A stretch of 32,000 nt of DNA from Wigglesworthia glossinidia endosymbiont of Glossina brevipalpis (GTDB taxonomy: Bacteria > Pseudomonadota > Gammaproteobacteria > Enterobacterales > Enterobacteriaceae): positions 1-32,000 of the forward strand of contig BA000021.3 in assembly GCA_000008885.1 (NCBI GenBank). Reading direction: 5' to 3'. Positions 13,661 to 24,632 of this stretch are shown here, one piece after another. A program made the translations under genes and the position numbers. Under the pieces are notes generated by a model, which worked only from the letters and a program-made list of their open reading frames with translations, did not search any database and was not told where the DNA came from. Every line of letters starts with the position of its first letter. Position 1 is the first letter of the stretch.

Positions 13661-15283
13661 TTAAATAAGTATTCCTACTTTTTTTAGATCTTTATATATT
13701 ATATATTGTTGAATAATAGTAACTAAATTACTTATTATATAATATAAAACTAATCCAGATGGAAACCATAGAAAAAATATAGTAAATATCAATGGCATGA
13801 AAGAAACTATTTTTTTTTGAACTGGATCAGAAATACTTGAAGGTGATATTTTTTGTATCAAAAACATAGTAATTCCCATAATAATTGGTAATATATAATA
13901 TGGATCTTTAGACGATAAATCATTTATCCATAAAACAAAATGAGCATGTCTTAACTCCACTGATCCAGATAGCATATAATATAAAGCTAAAAATATAGGC
14001 ATCTGTATAATTAAAGGCATACATCCTCCTAGTGGATTTACTTTTTGTTTTTTGTATAAAGACATCATTTCTTTACTTTGTCTTTTTTTGTCATTGCTAA
14101 ATTTGTTTTTTATTTCAATAATTTTAGGTTGTAATATTCTCATTTTAGCCATTGAAGTATATTGAGCTTTTGTAAGAGGAAACATGATTCCTCTAACCAT
14201 GAATGTAATAATAATTATTGATATCCCCCAATTATTTATATATTTATATATAAATTTTAAAAGTTGCAACAATGGTTGTGCTATAAACCATAACCAACCG
14301 TAATCAACTGTTAAACCAAGATTTGCATCTACTTCATACATTTTGTCTTGAAGCTTTGGACCTATCCATAAAGTAGATTCTATATTTTTTTCTTCTTCTT
14401 GATCTATAGAAAAAAGTTCAGACTGGAATCCAATTGATACTTTTTCATCTTTTGGAATATTTTTTGTATAGAATTTATATTTATTTTCTATTTTTGGAAT
14501 CCAAGCAACAATAAAATATTGTTGTAGCATAGCAATCCATCCATTTGATGTTATAACATTTAAATTTTTATCATTAGAAATTTCGCTGAAATCATACTTT
14601 TTGTATTTATTATTATCACTTGAATAAGCTGCTCCTCTATATGTATGAAAATTAAAGTTATACCCATTATTAATTTCTTGATCTTTTATTGACTGTTCTA
14701 ATTGTCCAAAAAACATCATTTCCATTTTATCTTTATTTGTATTTTTTATTGAATAATTAATTTTTAATGAAAAGCTATTTTTTTTAAAAATAAAATTTTT
14801 TACATACTTTAATCCATTTTCTCCATTATAAAATAATGGAACCTGAAGATAATCAGAATTATCTTCTAATATATATAATTTTTTATCACTTATAAAATTA
14901 GGAATGTGTATTAAATTATTAATATCATGGTCATTTTTAGTTATAAATCCACTTTTCAGTTTATATATAAAATTTTTAGAACGATCAAGAATTTTAAGAG
15001 GTAAATTATTTTTTGTATTTGACAAATAAGTGCGTAAAGAAGCTTCTTCTATATCTCCTCCATACGTATTTATTTTTAAAATAAAAAGATCTGTGATTAC
15101 AGTTATATAATTTTCTCTTGAAAAAACTTCTTTATTTATATTTTTATTTTCTATGTTTTTTTTTTCTATTATATGATTTTTATCTAAACTTTTATAATCA
15201 TATGATTCTGATTGCCAAGCATCCAACATCATAAATGTTACAAAAATAAAAGCAATAAACAAAAAATTATTTTGTACGACCAT
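13661..15283 (-). CDS. yidC: Membrane protein insertase YidC
   Basis: 540 aa. N-terminal TM helix, a large periplasmic domain, and a conserved C-terminal core (GWLWFIAQPL, LQPKI..I, NPLGGCMPLIIQMPIF). Lies in the rpmH-rnpA-yidD-yidC-mnmE cluster. Confidence 0.96.
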   Translation of the reverse strand: MVVQNNFLFIAFIFVTFMMLDAWQSESYDYKSLDKNHIIEKKNIENKNINKEVFSRENYITVITDLFILKINTYGGDIEEASLRTYLSNTKNNLPLKILDRSKNFIYKLKSGFITKNDHDINNLIHIPNFISDKKLYILEDNSDYLQVPLFYNGENGLKYVKNFIFKKNSFSLKINYSIKNTNKDKMEMMFFGQLEQSIKDQEINNGYNFNFHTYRGAAYSSDNNKYKKYDFSEISNDKNLNVITSNGWIAMLQQYFIVAWIPKIENKYKFYTKNIPKDEKVSIGFQSELFSIDQEEEKNIESTLWIGPKLQDKMYEVDANLGLTVDYGWLWFIAQPLLQLLKFIYKYINNWGISIIIITFMVRGIMFPLTKAQYTSMAKMRILQPKIIEIKNKFSNDKKRQSKEMMSLYKKQKVNPLGGCMPLIIQMPIFLALYYMLSGSVELRHAHFVLWINDLSSKDPYYILPIIMGITMFLIQKISPSSISDPVQKKIVSFMPLIFTIFFLWFPSGLVLYYIISNLVTIIQQYIIYKDLKKVGILI

Positions 15284-15295
15284 AATGTAGTTATC

Positions 15296-15520
15296 TCAAC
15301 GATTTATTTTATTTTTTAGTATTATAATTGGTTTTAAAAAAACCGTTTTTAAGTCATAAGGGTGGCATTTTAATAATCTTTTAAATATAAAATAAAAACT
15401 TATTAAAATTCCATTTTTTTTTATTGATCTAATTGCATATTCTGAACATGTTATATTAAATCTACAAGGCTCTCCTAATATGGGACTTAAATAAATTTGA
15501 TAAAATCTTATTATATAAAT
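15296..15520 (-). CDS. yidD: Membrane protein insertion efficiency factor YidD. 74 intact codons with no canonical start codon; the extended frame back to the ATG at 15559 contains an in-frame TAA. It may be a recent pseudogene.
   Basis: Hand translation of the - strand gives IYIIRFYQIYLSPILGEPCRFNITCSEYAIRSIKKNGILISFYFIFKRLLKCHPYDLKTVFLKPIIILKNKINR*. This carries the YidD signatures (RxYQ..SP.LG..CRF.PTCS.YA and KRLLKCHP). It lies between rnpA and yidC. It is absent from the ORF track because the frame has no ATG, GTG or TTG. Confidence 0.75.
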   Translation of the reverse strand: MYIIRFYQIYLSPILGEPCRFNITCSEYAIRSIKKNGILISFYFIFKRLLKCHPYDLKTVFLKPIIILKNKINR

Positions 15521-15534
15521 TTAAAAATGAGATG

Positions 15535-15855
15535 CTATAAATAGAATTGATTTTCCCATATTTTTTGTAGCTTTTTATAAATTAAATTGTTGTTTAATAT
15601 TAATATTTTTCTAGTAGGATTTATTAAAAAATCTATTTTTTTTAAATTTTTTTGGTTTATTCTAAAACTTTCTTTAATTAATCTCTTTATTCTGTTTCTA
15701 TCATGTGCAAAATTTATTTTTTTTTTAGTAAAAAAAAATCCCATCCTAGGATAATCATAAATATTGGACATAAAAAAAATATTTATCCAATCATTATTAA
15801 ATTTATCGTTCTTGTTTAAAATCAAATAGATTTCTTTTGATTTAATTATTCTCAT
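15535..15855 (-). CDS. rnpA: Ribonuclease P protein component
   Basis: 106 aa basic protein with the RNR motif region AHDRNRIKRLIKESFR. Lies directly downstream of rpmH. Confidence 0.93.
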   Translation of the reverse strand: MRIIKSKEIYLILNKNDKFNNDWINIFFMSNIYDYPRMGFFFTKKKINFAHDRNRIKRLIKESFRINQKNLKKIDFLINPTRKILILNNNLIYKKLQKIWENQFYL

Positions 15856-15892
15856 TTTTTTTGGTAAAATATTATTTTTTTTTTCATAAATT

Positions 15893-16036
15893 TTATTTAT
15901 CAGATACTGTTAACTTACATCTATTTTTACGCCTTCTATGTGATAGAATTTTTCTTCCAGATTTTGTAGCCATTCTTAAACGAAATCCATGATTTTTTTT
16001 ACGTTTTAATAAAGATGGTTGGAAAGTACGTTTCAT
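15893..16036 (-). CDS. rpmH: 50S ribosomal protein L34
   Basis: Hand translation gives [47 protein letters not shown]. This is a near-canonical L34 sequence. It is too short for the ORF track. Confidence 0.95.
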   Translation of the reverse strand: MKRTFQPSLLKRKKNHGFRLRMATKSGRKILSHRRRKNRCKLTVSDK

Positions 16037-16357
16037 GATTTTTATTTATCCTTATTTAACACTTAAAATAAAAAGATTTAAAAAAATATTATTTATTAAG
16101 TTTAATATTTTTAAAGAAATATTTGATTTAAATTATTTATATTTTATTTTTATTAAATAAAAAATATTAATCTACATATTTTAAACCTTTTATACAATTC
16201 CAATTCTAATAAATAATAACATGAAATTAATTTATTTATTTATATTTAATATAATTAAATTAAAGAAATATATTTTAAAAAAATTAATATTAATTAGGAA
16301 TATTTTAAACTATATTATTAATATAAAAACTTTTTAATTATATTAAGTTATAAAATA

Positions 16358-17467
16358 ATGAAATTTTCCATAAACAGAGAATATATATTATCTGCTTTAC
16401 AACAAATATATTTAGTATCTAAGTACAATACATCTATTCCTATAATAGGAAATATACTTATAACAGTATTAAGAAATAAAAGCATGTTTATAACAGGAAC
16501 AGATTTAGAAACTGAAATAACAAAAAAAATAAAATTAATTTCTGACGTTGAACCTGGGAATACAACAGTATCTACAAAAAAAATTTTAGATATAGTTAAA
16601 AGTTTTCCAAAAGAATCTAGTATAAATTTTTTTTTAAAAAATGAAAAATTATTTATTTTATGCAAAAAAAGTAAATTTGTTTTATGTACACTGCCATATA
16701 AAAATTTTCCAAATTTAAATAATTGGGAAAAAAAATTAAAAATAAGAATATCAAAAAATAAATTAAAGAAATTAATTGAATCCACTTACTTTTCGATAGC
16801 AAACCAAGATATAAGACAATATTTAAATGGAATGTTATTAGAAATAAAAAAAAACAATATAAGATCTGTTTCAACTAATGGTCATAGATTATCAAAATCT
16901 AAAATATTTATAGATAAAAATATTTCTGATGCATATATATTTATTATACCTAGATCAGGGGTTTTTAATTTATTACGTATTTTAAATCAGGAAAGTGATT
17001 TTGTTGAATTAGTAATAGGAGAAAAACATATTAGAATTAACATAGAAAAATATATATTAACAACTAAATTATTAGAAGGAGAATTTCCAGAATATAAAGC
17101 AATTTTCAAAAAAAACTCTTTTAATGTGAATATATTGATAGTAGATTGTTTTATGTTAAAGAATACATTAAAACGTGTTTCTGTTATTTCTGATAAATCT
17201 AAATGTATTAATTTAAATTTAAAAAAAAATTTATTAATAATAAATATAAAAAATTTTAATCAAGAGTTAGCAGAAGAATATTTAGAAGCAGAATATCTTG
17301 GAAAAGAAATGGAAATTAGCTGCAACTCTGATTATATATTAGATGCATTAAATACAATTGAATCAAAAAGAGTAAAAATTTTTGTTACAAATTCTTATTC
17401 TGCTATTATATTAGCAGATGAAATATATAATTATACAAGTCATATAATAATGCCTATGCGTTTGTAA
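16358..17467 (+). CDS. dnaN: DNA polymerase III subunit beta (sliding clamp)
   Basis: 369 aa starting MKFSINRE, with LEGEFPEYK and a C-terminal IIMPMRL as in enterobacterial DnaN. Followed by gyrB. Confidence 0.95.
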   Translation: MKFSINREYILSALQQIYLVSKYNTSIPIIGNILITVLRNKSMFITGTDLETEITKKIKLISDVEPGNTTVSTKKILDIVKSFPKESSINFFLKNEKLFILCKKSKFVLCTLPYKNFPNLNNWEKKLKIRISKNKLKKLIESTYFSIANQDIRQYLNGMLLEIKKNNIRSVSTNGHRLSKSKIFIDKNISDAYIFIIPRSGVFNLLRILNQESDFVELVIGEKHIRINIEKYILTTKLLEGEFPEYKAIFKKNSFNVNILIVDCFMLKNTLKRVSVISDKSKCINLNLKKNLLIINIKNFNQELAEEYLEAEYLGKEMEISCNSDYILDALNTIESKRVKIFVTNSYSAIILADEIYNYTSHIIMPMRL

Positions 17468-17552
17468 AAACAAAATTTTTAATATTTATTAAGTAAAAAA
17501 TTTTTTTAAAGACTTTAAATATAAAAATTATATTAATAATATATATAATTAA

Positions 17553-17557
17553 AGGAG
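17553..17557 (+). promoter_or_regulatory. Shine-Dalgarno (aggag) for gyrB
   Basis: aggag lies 8 nt upstream of the ATG at 17566. Confidence 0.65.
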
Positions 17558-17565
17558 ATTATTGA

Positions 17566-19977
<2,412 letters not shown>

Positions 19978-20027
19978 GAATTAATTTATTTAATATAAAA
20001 ATACTTTTATATATAAAGTTATGTGTT

Positions 20028-20051
20028 TAATTTATTTTATAAAATAAATTA
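20028..20051. repeat. Perfect 24-bp A/T-only palindrome (taatttattttataaaataaatta) in the gyrB-lptD spacer
   Basis: Every pair around the centre between 20039 and 20040 was checked base by base. The function is unknown and it could be a chance product of composition. Confidence 0.9.
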
Positions 20052-20101
20052 TAAGAATATAAAAGTTTATAATTATAAATATATTTAAAGTAAATTTTTT
20101 T

Positions 20102-22273
20102 ATGAAAAAATTAATTAGTAGAATTTATATATTTTATTTTATTATGGCATATAATTCATATGTATTATCTAGCGTAAAAGATTATGATAATAATTTAAAA
20201 TTTAAATCAATTACAAAAGAAAATAAATTAAATAATTTTGATAAAAAAATTTTTTATATTTATTCTAAAAAATCAGAATTTTTATATCCAAGTGATTTTT
20301 TGTTTTCAGGAAATGTAAAAATTTACCAAGGAAATTATTTTTTTTCTTCAGATTATATTAAAATAAATTTAAGAAATAAAAAAAAATTTATTTTTGCAAA
20401 TGGAAACGTTATATACTCTTTTAAAAAAAAATTTGTAGTAAAAGGAGAAAAAGCATTATTTTTTATTAATACAAAAGATGTGGAGATCTATAATATAGAT
20501 TATAATTTTTTTAATAATTCTTTTGCAGGAAAAGCTGATTCTTTTAAAGGAATAAATAACGGCAATTTTGTAATTTTAAAAAATGGATCTTTAAATTTAT
20601 GTTCAAAAAAATGCAATACATGGAATATAACAGGTTCTAAAATAATTTATGATAGAAAAAATGAGATTATAAAAATATGGAATGCAAAATTAAATTTTAA
20701 AAATATTCCAATTTTTTATGTACCCTTTTTCAAGGTATATGAAAAATATAATGATATTTTTTATTCACCAAAAATATCATATAAAAATAATAACGGATTA
20801 TCTTTATCTTTTTATTATAAAAAAATTTTTTTTGATAAATATTTTTTTTATTTTATACCTAAATATAATAGTGATGGTACTATTTTATTAAATAATAAAA
20901 TTTATTATTCAAGTGATTTTGATAAAAAAAAAATAAATTTATATATATTATTTGATATCAAGAAAAATAAAAATAATTGGTTTATAGATTTGAAACAAAA
21001 TTATTTTTTTAATAAAAAATTAGATATATTATATATCTACAAAAAAAGTAATAATTTTATTATTTTTAATAAAATGTTTGATATAGAAAAAAATTTTTTG
21101 CAAAATGAAATTTTAGAAAAATTTAATTTAAAATATTTTTATAATAACTGGAAATTAAAATTAGAATATAAAAAATTTATTATTTTTGATAATAAAAATT
21201 TTAATTATATCAAGTTTCCTCATGTTTATTTTTCTTATTTTGATAATAAAAATAAAAATTTTAAATTTAATTTTGTTGGGAAATTTTCTTATGAAGAAGA
21301 TAAAAAAATATTACATATTAATATAGAACCTTTTTTATCTTTTTTATTTTTAAATCCAAGATTATCTATTTATAATGAGATTAAATTTATAATGACTAAC
21401 TATTATAAATATAATAATTCATTTTACAATATTAAATATAAATATTTTCCTCAAATAAACTCTAGTATTAATTTTTATAATTATATAATACCTTTTAAAA
21501 ATTTTTTTCAGGTTTTTGAATTAAACGCTAAATATATATTTAGTCCGTTTTTGCATGAAAAAGAAAATGAAATAAGTAACTATTATTTTATAAAAATGGA
21601 TTATTTTGGATTATTTAGAGAAAAATTTTATAATAAAATAGGGTATATATATCCAAAAAATCAACTTGCAATAAAATTTACTAATTATATTTATAGAAAA
21701 AATTATAATGATGAATTATTAAAAGTATCTTTTGGAAAGATATTTTATTCTTCTTTATATTTTAAAGAGAATAACCATTTAATTTTTAAAAATTGGTATT
21801 TAATAAGCAATTTATCAATTAATGATAGATTAAAATTTAATAACAATTTTCAAATTTGTGATAATCTTAAAAAGATATTAAAATTTAATATAAATTTAAT
21901 ATATAATAATGATTATCAAAAATATCATATAAAATATTATTTTATAGATAAAAATTTAATGAAAAATATTAATCATGAAAAATCAATATCAAACGATATT
22001 AATAATAAAAATATATCATTATTTAGATTATTTTTTAATACAAAAATAAAAAATAATTTTTATATTTTTGCATATAGTAATTATAATGTTACATACCATA
22101 AATATTTTTATAATTCAATTGGAATTGAATATAATTCGTGTTGTTTAAATTACAAGATTTCGTATGAAAGAAATTTAAATCCAAGCAATGTGAATTATGT
22201 TAATAATAATAAACAATTTTTATTTAGTATAAGTTTTAATCAAGACGTGAATAAATTTTATGATAAAAACTAA
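20102..22273 (+). CDS. lptD: LPS-assembly outer membrane protein LptD (Imp/OstA), highly diverged
   Basis: 723 aa with an N-terminal signal-like segment (MKKLISRIYIFYFIMAYNSYVLSS), an OstA-like N-terminal region (GNVKIYQGNYFFSSDYIKI) and a long beta-rich Y/F/N/K body. It lies directly upstream of surA-pdxA-rsmA-apaH as in E. coli. The call rests largely on synteny and size. Confidence 0.8.
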   Translation: MKKLISRIYIFYFIMAYNSYVLSSVKDYDNNLKFKSITKENKLNNFDKKIFYIYSKKSEFLYPSDFLFSGNVKIYQGNYFFSSDYIKINLRNKKKFIFANGNVIYSFKKKFVVKGEKALFFINTKDVEIYNIDYNFFNNSFAGKADSFKGINNGNFVILKNGSLNLCSKKCNTWNITGSKIIYDRKNEIIKIWNAKLNFKNIPIFYVPFFKVYEKYNDIFYSPKISYKNNNGLSLSFYYKKIFFDKYFFYFIPKYNSDGTILLNNKIYYSSDFDKKKINLYILFDIKKNKNNWFIDLKQNYFFNKKLDILYIYKKSNNFIIFNKMFDIEKNFLQNEILEKFNLKYFYNNWKLKLEYKKFIIFDNKNFNYIKFPHVYFSYFDNKNKNFKFNFVGKFSYEEDKKILHINIEPFLSFLFLNPRLSIYNEIKFIMTNYYKYNNSFYNIKYKYFPQINSSINFYNYIIPFKNFFQVFELNAKYIFSPFLHEKENEISNYYFIKMDYFGLFREKFYNKIGYIYPKNQLAIKFTNYIYRKNYNDELLKVSFGKIFYSSLYFKENNHLIFKNWYLISNLSINDRLKFNNNFQICDNLKKILKFNINLIYNNDYQKYHIKYYFIDKNLMKNINHEKSISNDINNKNISLFRLFFNTKIKNNFYIFAYSNYNVTYHKYFYNSIGIEYNSCCLNYKISYERNLNPSNVNYVNNNKQFLFSISFNQDVNKFYDKN

Positions 22274-23618
22274 AAATTTTTATTATAAAAAAATTAATAT
22301 TTATATTTTTCAAATTTTAAATAACTTTTATTTAAATAAAAATTTAGTGTTAAAACATATACTTCTCTTTAAAATTTTTTTTATATCTTTTTGTTTATTT
22401 TTTAACGTTAATAAATCTTATTCTAAAGAAATAGATAAAATAATATCAATAGTAAATAAAAAAGTAATTTTAAAAAGTGATGTAGAAAGAATAATAAGTG
22501 ATAAAAATTTTAACTTTGAAAACTATTTTAATAGTGAAAGCGAATCTCTTAAAAATTTAGTACTAAATAAATTAATTATTGATGAAGTTATTAAAAACAA
22601 ATTAAATGAATATGAAACATTCTTTTCTTCGGATTTGTTATTTAATGTTAATCAAAATATTTTTTTAGAAAAATATATTAATTTAAATAAAAAAAAAAAA
22701 GAAATAACTGATAAATCAATATTAAAATTAGAACCAAATAATTTTTTATATTGGAACATTCAATATGAAAAATTGAAAAAAAAAATATATATTAGTGAAA
22801 AAGAAATAAATTATTTAAGCACAATTTTATTTTTAAAAAATAATAATATAAAAATAAATATTAATCATTATATATTAGAAAATCCAAAAATTTTTTCTAA
22901 AAAAAATATAATAGAATATAAACAAATTGTTAATAATTTGTTTAAATTATTAAAAAATGATAAATTATCAGAAAAATTGATTTTTAAATATTTAAAAAAC
23001 AATAAAATTGTTTTAGGAAATTTTATAGGATGGAATAATTTAATAAAACTTCCAAAATATTTTCGTATTTTTTTATTTGATTTACAAAAAAGAAAAAAAA
23101 TTTTTGGTTTGTTTTTTTTGAATAAAAATTTACATTTATTTCAAATAAAAAATATAAAATATGATAAAAAAATAGAAACAGAAATTAAAATAAAGCATAT
23201 ATTATTAATACCATCAGAAAATAGAGATGAAAATAATACTTATTTTTATTTGAAACAAATAAAAAATCAAATATCTTCTAAAGAAATAAGTTTTTCTAAT
23301 GCTGCTAAAAAATATTCTGAAGATTTATATTCTGCCTTACAAGGAGGTGAAATAGATTATGATTATAAAAAAATATTTGATAATTTTACATTAAATAAAA
23401 TAAATAAAATAAAAAAAGGAGAAATAACTGGTCCAATAAGATCATTGCAAGGTTGGCATTTAGTTAAATTAATGAACATAAAAATAGTTGATAATACATA
23501 CAAAATATATAAAGAAAATGCATATAAAATTTTATTTGAAAAAAAATTATCTGAAGTAATTTATAATTGGTTAGAAAACGAATATAATAATTCATATATA
23601 AATAAAATTTGTTATTAA
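22260..23618 (+). CDS. surA: Periplasmic chaperone / peptidyl-prolyl isomerase SurA
   Basis: 452 aa with a hydrophobic signal-like segment. It has a recognisable C-terminal parvulin domain (IKHILL...AKKYSED..SALQGGEI...GEITGPIRSLQGWHLVKL) and a degenerate first parvulin domain. It overlaps the lptD stop by 14 nt. Confidence 0.88.
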   Translation: MIKTKNFYYKKINIYIFQILNNFYLNKNLVLKHILLFKIFFISFCLFFNVNKSYSKEIDKIISIVNKKVILKSDVERIISDKNFNFENYFNSESESLKNLVLNKLIIDEVIKNKLNEYETFFSSDLLFNVNQNIFLEKYINLNKKKKEITDKSILKLEPNNFLYWNIQYEKLKKKIYISEKEINYLSTILFLKNNNIKININHYILENPKIFSKKNIIEYKQIVNNLFKLLKNDKLSEKLIFKYLKNNKIVLGNFIGWNNLIKLPKYFRIFLFDLQKRKKIFGLFFLNKNLHLFQIKNIKYDKKIETEIKIKHILLIPSENRDENNTYFYLKQIKNQISSKEISFSNAAKKYSEDLYSALQGGEIDYDYKKIFDNFTLNKINKIKKGEITGPIRSLQGWHLVKLMNIKIVDNTYKIYKENAYKILFEKKLSEVIYNWLENEYNNSYINKICY

Positions 23619-23624
23619 TTTAAT

Positions 23625-24623
23625 ATGAATAAAATATCTCGTATTATCATAACTCCAGGAGAACCTGCAGGAATAGGATTTGATCTTGTTGTTTTGATTT
23701 CTCAAAAAATATGGAGATCAGAATTAGTGATATGCTGTGATCCCGATATTCTTGTAAAAAGAGCAAAAGATCATGGAATAAAATTAAAATTACATTTTTA
23801 TAATAAAAATTTATCCCCTAAGGTTAGGGAAAAGGGAGAACTTACAATAATTCCAATAAAAGTAAATTCTAATGTTACAAGGGGAATTTTAAACATAAAT
23901 AACAGTTATTATGTAATTAATACTTTGACTAGAGCATGTTTAGGGTGTATAAATAAAGAATTTTCTGCATTAGTTACTGGACCTGTTCACAAAGGGATTA
24001 TAAAAGATAGCGGAATAAAATTTATTGGACATACAGAATTTTTAGCAGGATTTAGCTTATGCAAAAATCCTGTAATGATGTTAATGTATAATTCGTTAAG
24101 AATTGCATTAGCAACAAATCATATACCAATTAAAGACATATCAAAATGCATTAATTTTAATTTAATTAGAAAAAAATTAATTGTTATATTCAATTCATTA
24201 AGGAACATATTTAAAATTAATAATCCATGTATATATGTATGTGGTCTGAACCCTCATGCTGGAGAATCAGGTCATATTGGAACAGAAGAAATTAATATAA
24301 TCCAACCAGCAATATCATCATTAAAATATTTACCATGTAAAATAATAGGTCCTATTTCAGCTGATAGTATTTTTCAACAAAAATATCTTAAAGATGCAGA
24401 TGCTATTTTAGCCATGTACCATGATCAAGGTCTACCTATGATTAAATACATCGGTTTTAGAAAATCTGTTAATATAACTTTAGGTTTGCCTTTTATTAGG
24501 ACATCGGTGGATCATGGAACTGCTTTAAACATAAAAAACTTAAATGAAATTAGTAGTAAAAGTATGGAGAAAGCTATTTCTTTAGCAATTGATATAAGTC
24601 AAGATAACTCAATAAAAAAATAA
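23625..24623 (+). CDS. pdxA: 4-hydroxythreonine-4-phosphate dehydrogenase
   Basis: 332 aa with the motifs GHTEFLA, GLNPHAGE.GH.G.EE, MYHDQGLP and IRTSVDHGTA. Confidence 0.96.
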   Translation: MNKISRIIITPGEPAGIGFDLVVLISQKIWRSELVICCDPDILVKRAKDHGIKLKLHFYNKNLSPKVREKGELTIIPIKVNSNVTRGILNINNSYYVINTLTRACLGCINKEFSALVTGPVHKGIIKDSGIKFIGHTEFLAGFSLCKNPVMMLMYNSLRIALATNHIPIKDISKCINFNLIRKKLIVIFNSLRNIFKINNPCIYVCGLNPHAGESGHIGTEEINIIQPAISSLKYLPCKIIGPISADSIFQQKYLKDADAILAMYHDQGLPMIKYIGFRKSVNITLGLPFIRTSVDHGTALNIKNLNEISSKSMEKAISLAIDISQDNSIKK

Positions 24624-24632
24624 ATATTTAAA

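Noticed and set aside
16046-16054. A DnaA-box-like 9-mer ttatcctta (7/9 match to TTATCCACA) next to rpmH, and a similar 7/9 match inside rnpA near 15783
   Set aside because: Two mismatches in the specificity-determining 3' half. Matches of 7/9 to an AT-rich consensus are expected by chance here. Without DnaA they would have no ligand.
16221-16337. A 38-codon ORF (MKLIYLFIFNIIKLKKYILKKLILIRNILNYIINIKTF) in the rpmH-dnaN spacer, considered as a possible dnaA remnant or new small protein
   Set aside because: It has no similarity to any part of DnaA that I can recognise and no SD. Its composition is what random A/T sequence encodes, and it is too short to evaluate.
16348-16874. Two ORFs of 145 aa and 73 aa antisense to the 5' part of dnaN
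   Set aside because: Both are low-complexity F/I/L/N/K sequence and overlap a well-supported dnaN. They have no motifs and no ribosome-binding site. They are most likely compositional artefacts.
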